Source: Chlamydiales bacterium (GTDB taxonomy: Bacteria > Chlamydiota > Chlamydiia > Chlamydiales > SM23-39). Taken from it: a stretch of 32,000 nucleotides of DNA. The translations under genes were made by a program, and so were the position numbers. The DNA lies in the NCBI GenBank assembly GCA_965261025.1, contig OZ253438.1, positions 1,110,001 to 1,142,000 on the forward strand, read 5' to 3'. The notes below the pieces were generated by a model. That model saw only the letters and a program-made list of their open reading frames with translations, made no database searches and was not told where the DNA came from. Below, in pieces: positions 1 to 9,234 of this stretch; within the stretch, counting starts at the first letter, position 1, and each line of letters begins with the position of its first letter.

Positions 1-1142
1 AAATCTGACCAAGTATCCAGTTCTTGCTTAATACTTACCCCTTCTGTTTTAAGGCCAGGACCCCAATAAATGGATCGGATTGGTTTCTCTTTTTTGATGG
101 CTAATCCTTTCTGTTTAGAGATGCACATACCAGCCCCAACAGCGGCTCCTGCATCGAAGGCTGCTGGATGAACAAACATTTTATCAAAAAGATTGGAACT
201 TGCGATTTTACCATTTAACGTACAGTTATGTGCTACCCCTCCTGCCATGCAAAGATTTTTTAGCCCTGTTCTATACTTCCAATGAGAAATGAGATGAAAT
301 ACTATATTTTCTAAAGCTTCTTGCAGTGCTGCAGCAAAGTCTTTATGAATTTTACTAAATGGCTCGTTTTTTCGACGTGGCTGAATCCCCTTTTTTAGAA
401 AAAAAGATCGAAACTGCATTAAAGGAATGCTGAACGAATAAGCTCCGTCGGCCTCCAGGGTATAGAGCTTACTAAACAGGGGTTGAAACACGGAAGGATC
501 TCCATAGGGAGCAAGCCCCATAACCTTGTACTCATCAAACATGTCATAGCCCAAAATCTTAATTGACTCTAGGTAAAAAGAACCCAGGGAAATATCGTAG
601 TGGTAATCAGAAAGAAAATGCAAATTTCCCTCTTTTCCTTCAAAAATTGATGTGGATTCTTTTTCACCACGACCATCAATGATTACAGTGAGCGCAGAGT
701 CAAATCCTGAATGGTAATAAGCAGAAAAAGCATGACAAAGATGATGAGGAAGAAACTGGATCCGATCCTCAGAAAAATTTTTGTCAAAAAACTCGGAAAA
801 TAATCTTCCTAGCAACTGCTTAGACGATAAACAAGGAACATGTGGATGTGAGATATACTGCAAGTTGAGCTCATTATCCACAAAATCATCTTTGTAGTAA
901 TATCCTATTGCCTCAATTTCCGAAAAAGAAATACCTGCTTTTTCCAGGCAAAAAGAGATACTATGATAAGGAAACATCGTAGTGTGTTTTTTACGATTCA
1001 GACGCTCTTCTTCCACTGCACAAAGGAGCTTACCTTCTTTGAAAAGAGCCGCAGCAGCATCATGATAAAACCACTTTGGAACATAGGGTAAAAATGTTCC
1101 TTCCTTCGTATAAAAACCACCTGAAATTCCTAAAACATACAT
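1..1142 (-). CDS. NodU/CmcH-family O-carbamoyltransferase, N-terminal ~380 aa (3' end runs off the left window edge)
   Basis: Absent from the supplied ORF track, presumably because the window edge truncates it. My own reverse-strand translation from the ATG at 1142-1140 gives MYVLGISGGFYTKEG..WFYHDAAAALFKEGKLLCAVEEERLNRKKH..LPHHLCHAFSAYYHSGFDSALTVIIDGRGE..EYKVMGLAPYGDP..NLCMAGGVAHNC..VHPAAFDAGAAVGAG, open to base 1. The motif order (HHxxH site, GLAPYG, MAGGVA-N) is typical of NodU/CmcH/TobZ carbamoyltransferases. Confidence 0.8.
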   Translation of the reverse strand, partial: MYVLGISGGFYTKEGTFLPYVPKWFYHDAAAALFKEGKLLCAVEEERLNRKKHTTMFPYHSISFCLEKAGISFSEIEAIGYYYKDDFVDNELNLQYISHPHVPCLSSKQLLGRLFSEFFDKNFSEDRIQFLPHHLCHAFSAYYHSGFDSALTVIIDGRGEKESTSIFEGKEGNLHFLSDYHYDISLGSFYLESIKILGYDMFDEYKVMGLAPYGDPSVFQPLFSKLYTLEADGAYSFSIPLMQFRSFFLKKGIQPRRKNEPFSKIHKDFAAALQEALENIVFHLISHWKYRTGLKNLCMAGGVAHNCTLNGKIASSNLFDKMFVHPAAFDAGAAVGAGMCISKQKGLAIKKEKPIRSIYWGPGLKTEGVSIKQELDTWSD

Positions 1143-1229
1143 GGAGAATTTCCTCAAAAATTGAATATTGTAAAAACAAGCAGGTACGTTACTATATAGA
1201 AAATATTTTTTACAAGTCTAGGTATACAA

Positions 1230-2171
1230 TTGGGTTTTCCTGTTTTCATTCTTACAACTTACTGCTCTGAAAAAAAAGATGTTACCTATTTCTCTGAAGC
1301 ACTAGATGCTATCCTTAACCAAACAGATCCCCATTTTCATCTTATCATTATTGATGACTGCTCTCCTTATCCGGATTTTAAGGAGTATCTTGCGATAGTA
1401 TCTAGGAAAGATAAAAGGATTTTCTATCATGTAAACCTTAAAAACTCTGGGGTTTCTCAATCAAGAAACTATGGGATTAAATGGGCTAAATCTCACAGAG
1501 CCCCTTTTGTTATGTTCCATGATGGTGATGATATATCTCCATTAGACAGACTGGAGAAAACAAAAAAACTATTTAACCATAAGGAGGTAGATCTAGTGTA
1601 TTCTACCTTCATCCCAATAGATGAGTTTTCCAACATTCGAGATTTTCATGAAATTGCTGAAGATGTACGTAATACAATTCATCAACTTAAAAAATCTGCA
1701 CCAGAGGGAATGAATGCCTGGCTCGACTTAACCTTAAAATTTGGCTATTGCAATCTTACTTCAGCCACTGCAGTCCGGACTGAAATAGCTATACAAACTC
1801 CATTTCCTCTTTATAGATTCTCTGAAGATGCCCATACCTGGTACAGGATGATGGCTTTGGCTAAAAATGTAGTCTTTGACCCCTCTTTTCCAACCTATTA
1901 TCGAATGCCTAATAATTCAACCTATGGAATTGCTTCTAAAGATAGATTGGGAAAATACTTCTTCTTAGAAAAAATTAAAGCCGATTTAAATGGATTTTTA
2001 GCCTCTTTACCTTTGGCTGAAAAGACAGGAAAAATCCCAAAAGGAAATAGGGAAGTGCTCTTATTTCAGTTTTGTCAGCGACTAGCTAGGGACCTGGGAG
2101 AGTTTTTGCCAGCAGATTTGTATCATGATTTATTTCAAGGAGAAGGAATCCAAGCTTGCCAAAAAGTATAA
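1230..2171 (+). CDS. Family 2 glycosyltransferase (GT-A fold)
   Basis: 313-aa ORF with a TTG start. FPVFILTTYCSEKKDVTYFSEALDAILNQTDPHFHLIIIDDCS is the typical GT2 N-terminal beta-alpha-beta with DD, followed by the HDGDD (DxD) motif. Divergent from the carbamoyltransferase gene. Confidence 0.8.
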   Translation: MGFPVFILTTYCSEKKDVTYFSEALDAILNQTDPHFHLIIIDDCSPYPDFKEYLAIVSRKDKRIFYHVNLKNSGVSQSRNYGIKWAKSHRAPFVMFHDGDDISPLDRLEKTKKLFNHKEVDLVYSTFIPIDEFSNIRDFHEIAEDVRNTIHQLKKSAPEGMNAWLDLTLKFGYCNLTSATAVRTEIAIQTPFPLYRFSEDAHTWYRMMALAKNVVFDPSFPTYYRMPNNSTYGIASKDRLGKYFFLEKIKADLNGFLASLPLAEKTGKIPKGNREVLLFQFCQRLARDLGEFLPADLYHDLFQGEGIQACQKV

Positions 2172-3523
2172 ATCCCCTTGAAGGCTCTATCTTTTCCCTT
2201 TGGAAAGTATCTTATCCAATCATGCTATTTTTTCTTTCCATGCTTGCTATGCAGTTTGTCGATCGGATTTTTTTAGCTAGATATTCACCAGATGCCTTGA
2301 GTGCTGTTACAGGATCAGGAACGCTTTTTTGGTGCCCCTATTTTGCTTGGATGACCCTCGCTAGCCGAACAGAAGTTTTTGTAGCCCAGTATAATGGAGC
2401 TGGACTCTACTCAAGACTTGGCGAACCAGTATGGCAAATGCTTTACTTAAGCCTATTGTCCTTACCCTTTTTTCTATTCTTAGGTTCCTTTGCTAATAAT
2501 TTTTTATATAAAACTCATTTTCTAAACTATCTAGAAGCAGAATATTTTCAGTGGAGCTGCTTTTTTGCCCCTTTATCTATCATTTTAGCAGCCATAAGTG
2601 GATTTTACATTGGACAAAAAAAAACCAAAATCATCAATTGGCTTGGATTAGTTGGAAATGCTGTCAATGTGCTACTAGATCCTCTTCTTATTTTTGGCTG
2701 GAAACAGTATATTCCCTCACTTGGAGTAAAGGGAGCCGCTATCTCCACAGGAATCGGAGTTTTAACCCAAGTTGTGGTCATTCTATTTCTTTATTTCAAA
2801 AAAAATAATCGTGTTTATTTTGGAGTTTTTTCCTCGAGATTCAGGAAGCCTTTATTCTTTAAAATGATCTCTAAAGGTTTTCCTTCTGCTGTAGCCTTAT
2901 CTTCTGAGCTACTTGGCTGGGCCTTATTCTATTGGCTGATGAAAAAAACGAGTGATTTGCATATTTTTGCAGCAAGCCTTGGACAAAGCTGTTTACAGCT
3001 TTTCATCTTCTTCGGGGCAGGACTAGAGAAAGGCTCTTCGAGTATAGCTGGGAATTTAATTGGGAGCAAAAACTTCAAAGAAATAAAAAGATTATTTAAT
3101 TCTGGATTTATTTTATGCTTGATTTTCTTTTTCTTTATTTTGTTTTTTAGATATTATTTCACATCTGAAGTAGTTCTAACCCTATTTAAAAATCACCCTA
3201 CTGATTTAAATCCAGAGTCGTTAAAAACATTGATATCTTCGATACTAACTTCTGTGTCTCTCTATTTGGTACTAGAAAATATGCGATGGCACATAAACGG
3301 GATTTTAAATGCAGCAGGAGATACTTTTTTTGTGATGGGTTATGGAATTTTCTCTGTGTGGTTTTTCCTGCTTCTTCCAGGATATTTTTTCATTTTTAGG
3401 GATCAAGGATCTATTATGAGTTCTTTCCATATATGGGTATTATATAGCTTTTTTTCTCTTATTCTGGCTTCGTGGAGGTTCATTTCAGAAAAATGGAAAG
3501 AAAAAAAACTTCTGTACTCCTGA
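2156..3523 (+). CDS. MATE (MOP superfamily) efflux/export protein, about 12 TM
   Basis: 455-aa polytopic ORF. The N terminus SIFSLWKVSYPIMLFFLSMLAMQFVDRIFLARYSPDALSAV matches the NorM/MATE signature pattern. The TTG start overlaps the GT2 stop by 16 nt, so the exact start is uncertain. Confidence 0.8.
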   Translation: MPKSINPLEGSIFSLWKVSYPIMLFFLSMLAMQFVDRIFLARYSPDALSAVTGSGTLFWCPYFAWMTLASRTEVFVAQYNGAGLYSRLGEPVWQMLYLSLLSLPFFLFLGSFANNFLYKTHFLNYLEAEYFQWSCFFAPLSIILAAISGFYIGQKKTKIINWLGLVGNAVNVLLDPLLIFGWKQYIPSLGVKGAAISTGIGVLTQVVVILFLYFKKNNRVYFGVFSSRFRKPLFFKMISKGFPSAVALSSELLGWALFYWLMKKTSDLHIFAASLGQSCLQLFIFFGAGLEKGSSSIAGNLIGSKNFKEIKRLFNSGFILCLIFFFFILFFRYYFTSEVVLTLFKNHPTDLNPESLKTLISSILTSVSLYLVLENMRWHINGILNAAGDTFFVMGYGIFSVWFFLLLPGYFFIFRDQGSIMSSFHIWVLYSFFSLILASWRFISEKWKEKKLLYS

Positions 3524-3542
3524 AGAAGAAACTAGAAAAAAT

Positions 3543-6500
3543 ATGAGCTTCAATATTTTAGATCCTAATACCTCCATAAAGAAGAGATGTACTCTAGAGG
3601 CCTCTGCTGGGACAGGAAAAACCTTTACCATAGAACACCTTTTCTTCCGTCTTATTTTAGAAGAAAAAATTCCCTTAGAAAAAATCTTAGTCGTTACTTT
3701 TACCAAAAAAGCTACCAGAGAATTAAAGCAGCGTATATTTCAGACCTTAAAAAAAGGGCTTCTTTTTTTCCAAAGCCAAGAGAAGACTTCTCTTGGCTTT
3801 CCCTATTTAACAAAAGAAATCCCCTTAGAAGAACTAGAAAAAAAACTCTCCCTTATAAAGGAGGCAATCCAATACTTTGAAAAAGCCTCTATTTTTACTA
3901 TCCATTCCTTTTGTCAAAGGATGCTTCAAGAATTTTCTTTTGAGGCAAGAATTTCTTTTTTTCTAAAGGAGAAAAAGCGCTCTTCTGCTTCTTTGTTTTC
4001 TTCTTTTCAAAATTTTTTAAAAAATTTGCAAAGCGAAGTATTTTCTCCCTTTGAAATGAAAGTCTTATTGAAACATACCTCTTATTCTCTCTCTGCTCTT
4101 TTCTCCTGGGTAATCCGTCTTTTAGAGACAAAAGAAGAAAAAAAGGTCCTCTCCTTAAAACAGATCCATGAAAAAATCCTAAAAAATCTGTTTTCTCTAC
4201 CCTGTGAAAAAAAGCAAGAATGGATGCAAGATTTAGAAAAAGCCTTTTTGTTTCATAAAAGAACAGGATTCTGCCTAGATTCTTTACAAAAGGAAGGGAA
4301 AAAAATCTGGGAAATTTTACAAAAAAAAGGGCTTTCTTTCGAAGATTTCTTAGACTTTCTCTCTCTTTCTCCTTCTCTTTTTCCTTTTTTGCATCCCTCC
4401 AATCAAAAAAGGCAAAAAATAAAGGAATTTTCTTGGGAGGCTCTTTCTTCTTACCCCATTTTTTCTTGGTTAGAAAACCATTTTTACCCTCTTCTGCAAC
4501 AAGCCCTTTCTTTTCCAAGATGTCTGCAAAGGCTCTCTCATCTTTTTTATCCTACCTACCTTTCTCTCATAGAAGAAGGTGAAGTATTTTCTTTTTCTCA
4601 TGAAATGAAAACTATGGAAAAAGCCCTTCCCTTTCCCAGTTTTTCGAAAAGCATACAAAAAAAATATGAAGCAGCAATCATAGATGAATTCCAAGACACA
4701 GACCCGCTGCAATGGAAAATCCTTTCTCATCTATTTCAATCTTGCCCTACTTTTTATCTAGTAGCAGATCCTAAACAGTCGATCTATGGTTTCCGAAAGG
4801 CAGATATTTACACCTACCTGCAAGCCAAAGAAACTTTGAAAAATTCTCTAAAACTAGAAGTTAATTATAGAAGCTCTCCAGAGCTTGTAAAAGCACTAAA
4901 CCATCTTTTTTCTGGAATCTCTCAAAAGCCGTGGATGGCTCTTCCTAAGAAAGAAAATTTTCTACCGTATCATCCTGTGAAATCAGGATCTCTATTTCCC
5001 GAAATAGGGGAGACTCCTCTTTGTTTTTTTGTTATAGACCAAGAAAACCATCCCAGTCTTACGGAAAAAGAGGCGGAAAAACAGTTTTTTTTTCCCTTTA
5101 TAGCAGAGACTATAAAAAAAGAAGAAAACTCCTCTGATAGAATTGCCATCTTGGTAAAAGATCGTTTTCAAGCTAGGTCCTTACAGAAATATTTGCAAGA
5201 AAGGGGGATTTTTTTTTCTACCAGATCCCATGAATCCTTAGGTAAAACTCTTGCTTTTTCCGCTTTAAAGATTTTTATGGAAGCCATTTTTTCTCCCTCT
5301 TTTTCCTCAATCCAGACCGCTCTTTTAACTCCTTTTTGTAACTGGAGCTTACAAGATCTATCTGATCATGACCTTCCCTACGAGATCTTTTTTTCCTTAC
5401 AAGAAAAAATGAAGGGGGGACTTTCTTTTTTCTTAAGTAGCTTTATGAAAAGCATCTTTTCTCTAGAAAAAAATACTGTGGAAGAGCTCTGTTATCTACA
5501 GAAAGACTCTTTTTATGAAGATCTTTTTCAAATTTTTGACCTCCTTCTTTCTTCCTTTGAACAGGAAAAAATATCTAAAGAAAAACTTTTTTCTTTTTTT
5601 TCGAAAATGGAAGAGGAATTAGAAGAGGACGAAAAGGGAAAAAGAAGATTTTTTGGCTCTGAAAAAAGAGTGATTATGACTATGCACAAAAGCAAAGGGC
5701 TAGAGTTTGAGATAGTTTTTGCTTTAGGTGTCGTCTCTAAAATAGCAAAAAAAGATCCGTTTTTGGAGGAAGAAGAAGAGTTAGATGCAGAAAAATTACG
5801 ACAATTTTATGTTGCTCTTACTAGAGCAAAAAAAAAGGTCTTTGTTCCCTTCATCTTAGATCCTCAAAAAGTCCTCATTCCAGGAAAAACTTCTCCGGTA
5901 GATATTTTCTTTTCCTATCTATTTTATCAAAAGCCTTATCAAAATGTAGAAAAAGTAACCTGGCTCTCCTTTATAGAGAAGTTTTCTTCTCTTTTTTTCC
6001 TAGAGCCTCTTACTATAGAGAAAATAGATTTGGTTCCTTCAGAGAAAAAAATCGAGGAAAAAACGCCCCTTTTACCCTCTCTGAAAAAGGGGAATTCTCT
6101 TTTCTCTTTTTCTTCTCTTTCTCAAGGCGCTAATTTACCCAGAGGGTCTAAAGAACCTTTTTTATTTCCAAGGGGTCCCACTTTGGGAAATTTTATTCAT
6201 GAGATTTTACAAGATTTTTTAGAGGATCGATCTTTAGAAAAAATGAAACAAAAAATTTTTTACTCTGAATATACCCTTTTTGCTAGCCCGATTTTACTTA
6301 TTTTAGAAAAAGCTTTTCATACCCCCCTTTTCCCAAAAGGCTTTAGCCTCTATGAAGTACCTCCTTCTCATATTTGGCCTGAAACTCCCTTTCTTTTTTC
6401 TCTTCAAACCAAGAGCCAAGTAAAAGGATTTATAGACCTTCTTTTTCTCTTTCAGGGTAAGTATTATTTACTTGATTGGAAAACTAATGACTTAGGGGAT

Positions 6501-6734
6501 AAAAAAGAAGATTATTCCCTAGAAAACTTAGAAAAAGAAATGATCCAAGAAGACTATTTTTTCCAAGCTTCCTTATACCGAAAAGCCTTAGAAAGATTTT
6601 TCGTTGAACAAAATCTTCCTTTTTCCTTTGGAGGAATGTTTTATATCTTTCTAAGAGGCCTTTTCTTTGAAAAGGGAATCTATCATTTCTACCCAGATAA
6701 ACATCTAGCCACAAAAAGACTGAAGGAAGAGTAA
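3543..6734 (+). CDS. recB: Exodeoxyribonuclease V beta subunit (RecB helicase-nuclease)
   Basis: 1063 aa. SF1 helicase motifs are in order: EASAGTGKTFT (I), VVTFTKKATRELKQR (Ia), IIDEFQDTD (II), LVADPKQSIYGFRKAD (III), VNYRSS (IV), TMHKSKGLEFEIVF (V), FYVALTRAKKKVFV (VI). C-terminal PD-(D/E)xK nuclease motifs GFIDLLFLFQGKYYLLDWKTN and QASLYRKAL are present. Confidence 0.85.
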   Translation: MSFNILDPNTSIKKRCTLEASAGTGKTFTIEHLFFRLILEEKIPLEKILVVTFTKKATRELKQRIFQTLKKGLLFFQSQEKTSLGFPYLTKEIPLEELEKKLSLIKEAIQYFEKASIFTIHSFCQRMLQEFSFEARISFFLKEKKRSSASLFSSFQNFLKNLQSEVFSPFEMKVLLKHTSYSLSALFSWVIRLLETKEEKKVLSLKQIHEKILKNLFSLPCEKKQEWMQDLEKAFLFHKRTGFCLDSLQKEGKKIWEILQKKGLSFEDFLDFLSLSPSLFPFLHPSNQKRQKIKEFSWEALSSYPIFSWLENHFYPLLQQALSFPRCLQRLSHLFYPTYLSLIEEGEVFSFSHEMKTMEKALPFPSFSKSIQKKYEAAIIDEFQDTDPLQWKILSHLFQSCPTFYLVADPKQSIYGFRKADIYTYLQAKETLKNSLKLEVNYRSSPELVKALNHLFSGISQKPWMALPKKENFLPYHPVKSGSLFPEIGETPLCFFVIDQENHPSLTEKEAEKQFFFPFIAETIKKEENSSDRIAILVKDRFQARSLQKYLQERGIFFSTRSHESLGKTLAFSALKIFMEAIFSPSFSSIQTALLTPFCNWSLQDLSDHDLPYEIFFSLQEKMKGGLSFFLSSFMKSIFSLEKNTVEELCYLQKDSFYEDLFQIFDLLLSSFEQEKISKEKLFSFFSKMEEELEEDEKGKRRFFGSEKRVIMTMHKSKGLEFEIVFALGVVSKIAKKDPFLEEEEELDAEKLRQFYVALTRAKKKVFVPFILDPQKVLIPGKTSPVDIFFSYLFYQKPYQNVEKVTWLSFIEKFSSLFFLEPLTIEKIDLVPSEKKIEEKTPLLPSLKKGNSLFSFSSLSQGANLPRGSKEPFLFPRGPTLGNFIHEILQDFLEDRSLEKMKQKIFYSEYTLFASPILLILEKAFHTPLFPKGFSLYEVPPSHIWPETPFLFSLQTKSQVKGFIDLLFLFQGKYYLLDWKTNDLGDKKEDYSLENLEKEMIQEDYFFQASLYRKALERFFVEQNLPFSFGGMFYIFLRGLFFEKGIYHFYPDKHLATKRLKEE

Positions 6735-6736
6735 TC

Positions 6737-8386
6737 ATGTCTTTTCTATCTATTCCTTCCTCCTGGCCCTTAGTTCAAAAAGCTTTGGAAAAAGACCTTC
6801 TTTCTTATTTCGACCTCCTATATGCCAAAACTCATGTAAAGCAGCTTTACATTTTTGAAAAGACAGCCCTTTGTCTTTGTTATTTATCTTCCCTTTTCCG
6901 AAAAGGACACTTATGTCTACAAATTAAAGAAGGGGGGTTTTTCCCAAAAATGGATTCTGTATGGGAAGAGCTCCTTTCCTTTCAAGAGTGGAAAAAAGCC
7001 TTCTTTTCTCTTCCAAAAGAACTTGTGGAGGAAGTAAAAGAATCTTCCTTTTTTCCCGAAAAACCCCTATGCCGGCAAAAGGAGTGTTTCTATCTACAAA
7101 AGGCTTGGGTTTATGAAATGCAGGTTCGAAAAAACCTAGAGAGAATTTTCTCTTTCTCAATAAACTCTATAAAAGTAAAAACAGAAAAAAATCTCCTTCC
7201 TTCCCAGAAAAAAGCGGTAGAAAAAGTATTTTCTTCTCCCTTTACGCTTTTAACAGGAGGGCCTGGTACAGGAAAAACCTATACAGCTTCTTTTCTTTTA
7301 AAAGCTTACAAGGCTTATTTTCCCGAACACCTCATAGCTGTTGCAGCTCCTACGGGAAAAGCTGCTTTTCACCTACAGGAAAAACTCCATTTTTTAGAAA
7401 ACTTATCTACCCAAACTCTCCATACTCTTTTGGGAGTATCTGCGAGGAATTTTCCCTCTTTTTCTTCTCCCTTTCTACCATACGATTTAATTTTGGTAGA
7501 TGAGTCTTCTATGATTGACGCTAAAATTATGGCCCTTTTATTGGCTAAAATAAAGCAAAACAGCCGTCTTGTTCTAATGGGAGATCCTCACCAGCTTCCC
7601 CCTGTTGAAGCAGGTTCTTTTTTCTCTGACTTTTGTAAAACCTATCCCTTCTTAAAGGCAGAGTTAGATGTTTCTATTCGTTTTGAAAAGAAAGAGCTTC
7701 TTTCTTTTTCTAAAGCTGTTTTAGAAGGAGAAAAAGCAACTGTTTTCCATCTTTTACAAAATGCTTCTTCTCTACAAAAACTTTCTTGGAGCTTTAGCCA
7801 GCCGATAGCTGAATCTTTTTTTTCGTACATAAAACCCTTTTATTCCCTTTTTTCCAAGAAGCCTTTTGACTTAAAACAGCTTTTTTTAAAGGAAAACAAG
7901 TTTCAAATCCTTTCCCCTCTAAGGCAAGGTTTGTGGGGAGCTGATGCTTTAAATCAAACTGTTTTTGAAAAACTGTTCGAAGAGATCCCTTTTTCCTACT
8001 TTTGGGCAGCGCCTATACTAATTACGAAAAATTTCCCTGAAAAAAATCTATTTAACGGAATGAAAGGGTTTTTAATAGGGAAAAAAACAGAAAAGAACCC
8101 TTCTTTACAAGGGGAGATTTTTTTATCTCAAAAAGGAAAAATCCTCTCTTTTTCTCCGGCTATGCTTCCTTTTTCCTTTTCCTACGTAATCTCCGTTCAC
8201 AAAAGTCAGGGAAGTGAATATGAACAAGTTTTGCTTATTCTTCCCGAAAAAAGCAAAATGGCGGGAAGAGAAATTTTTTATACCGCAGCAACAAGAGCAA
8301 AAAAAAAGCTAACTATCTGGGGAAAAGATGCCCAAATAATTAGCTTACTTGATTCTTCTTTGGAAAAATTTTCTAGCCTCTCTTAG
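6737..8386 (+). CDS. recD: Exodeoxyribonuclease V alpha subunit (RecD helicase)
   Basis: 549 aa, starting 2 nt after the recB stop. Motifs: LLTGGPGTGKTYT (Walker A), LILVDESSMID (Walker B), LVLMGDPHQLPPVEAGSFF, SVHKSQGSEYEQVLLILP, FYTAATRAKKKLTIWG. Confidence 0.85.
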   Translation: MSFLSIPSSWPLVQKALEKDLLSYFDLLYAKTHVKQLYIFEKTALCLCYLSSLFRKGHLCLQIKEGGFFPKMDSVWEELLSFQEWKKAFFSLPKELVEEVKESSFFPEKPLCRQKECFYLQKAWVYEMQVRKNLERIFSFSINSIKVKTEKNLLPSQKKAVEKVFSSPFTLLTGGPGTGKTYTASFLLKAYKAYFPEHLIAVAAPTGKAAFHLQEKLHFLENLSTQTLHTLLGVSARNFPSFSSPFLPYDLILVDESSMIDAKIMALLLAKIKQNSRLVLMGDPHQLPPVEAGSFFSDFCKTYPFLKAELDVSIRFEKKELLSFSKAVLEGEKATVFHLLQNASSLQKLSWSFSQPIAESFFSYIKPFYSLFSKKPFDLKQLFLKENKFQILSPLRQGLWGADALNQTVFEKLFEEIPFSYFWAAPILITKNFPEKNLFNGMKGFLIGKKTEKNPSLQGEIFLSQKGKILSFSPAMLPFSFSYVISVHKSQGSEYEQVLLILPEKSKMAGREIFYTAATRAKKKLTIWGKDAQIISLLDSSLEKFSSLS

Positions 8387-8634
8387 GAGAGAGAAGCAAA
8401 ACGAGATTTGAGACGATTTGCCTTGTTTGGATTAACTACCCCTTTTTTTACCGCCTTATCAAGGACAGAGTAGATCTCTTTGAGATCCTTTTTCTTCTCT
8501 CGAAAAGAACGCAAGCTTGTTCTGATTTGAGACTTGGCCGCTTTATTTCTTTCCCTTCTTTTGTTATGCTGAATTTCCCTTTTCAAGGCGGAAGCTTTCT
8601 TCGGCTTCTTCTTTTTTTCTTCTTGATCTGCCAT
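8383..8634 (-). CDS. rpsT: 30S ribosomal protein S20
   Basis: 83-aa basic protein. ALKREIQHNKRRERNKAAKSQIRTSLRSF...VLDKAVKKGVVNPNKANRLKSR is the canonical S20 pattern. GAGGG lies upstream of the ATG. The stop overlaps the recD stop (TTAG). Confidence 0.9.
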   Translation of the reverse strand: MADQEEKKKKPKKASALKREIQHNKRRERNKAAKSQIRTSLRSFREKKKDLKEIYSVLDKAVKKGVVNPNKANRLKSRFASLS

Positions 8635-8669
8635 TTTCCCTCAAAATTTTAACCGGTTTATTCCTTCTT

Positions 8670-9185
8670 TTGATGGTTGCATTATACGCTAAATCTTCTG
8701 TATATTTCCACGTAAAAGAAAAAAAGAGCCTCATGAATCATTTAAAAAACCCTTTTTTTATTCTTTTCTCCGCTTCCCTTTTAGCCTCTTTTGCCCTTTC
8801 CCTTTCCTTGGGAAGCCAGTTATACACCTACTTTGACCTTTCTGTAAAAACGCAGACTAGGATCCTGTCCTGGGAAATTCGAAAAAAATCAGCTAACCTT
8901 TACCAGGTAGGGGCTCATTACCAATATCAAACCTCCAAAGGGGTTTTTGAAAATTTTTTCTTATTTAACACCCCTTTCCCCAATAAACAAGCAGCCTTAA
9001 ACAGGTTAACTCACTTAAAATCAATCTCTTATAGTTCTTTTTATTCTTCTTCTTATCCTGAAAAATCGACTTTAGAACATCTTTTCCCCTACAACACTTT
9101 TTTTCGATGGCTTCTTTCTGTTTGTTTGTTAATTTATTTTTTTAGTCTTTTTCTTAACAAAACAAAAAAACACGTTGAAAATTAA
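8670..9185 (+). CDS. Hypothetical membrane protein (N- and C-terminal TM segments)
   Basis: 171-aa ORF from a TTG. The more likely start is the ATG at 8733 (MNHLKNPFFILFSASLLASFALSLSLG, an N-terminal TM). A second TM lies near the C terminus (FFRWLLSVCLLIYFFSLFL). No family recognised with certainty. Confidence 0.5.
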   Translation: MMVALYAKSSVYFHVKEKKSLMNHLKNPFFILFSASLLASFALSLSLGSQLYTYFDLSVKTQTRILSWEIRKKSANLYQVGAHYQYQTSKGVFENFFLFNTPFPNKQAALNRLTHLKSISYSSFYSSSYPEKSTLEHLFPYNTFFRWLLSVCLLIYFFSLFLNKTKKHVEN

Positions 9186-9234
9186 ACTATTCTAGTTTAA
9201 AATAGTTCCTTTAATAACTAATTATTTTGGTTAT

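Noticed and set aside
1076-1270. 64-aa plus-strand ORF spanning the divergent promoter region.
   Set aside because: It overlaps the 5' ends of both the carbamoyltransferase and GT2 genes and has no motifs. It is an artefact of the intergenic AT-rich sequence.
3485-4730. Minus-strand ORFs inside recB (3485..3706, 3898..4518, 4470..4730; also 6484..6738), including a 206-aa K-rich ORF.
   Set aside because: They are antisense shadows of a T-rich coding strand. Their products are low-complexity K/F/R strings with no motifs, and they lie fully inside a gene with a complete set of RecB motifs.
3543-8386. The helicase-nuclease pair considered as a phage-defence module (UvrD-like helicase + PD-(D/E)xK nuclease).
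   Set aside because: The motif content and order match housekeeping RecB and RecD precisely, and the flanks are core genes. Nothing supports a defence island.
9182-9200. Perfect AT-rich palindrome TTAAACTA-TTC-TAGTTTAA right after the stop of the 171-aa ORF.
   Set aside because: It has an all-A/T 8-bp stem with a 3-nt loop and no T-tract. It is too weak to call a terminator or operator without comparative support.
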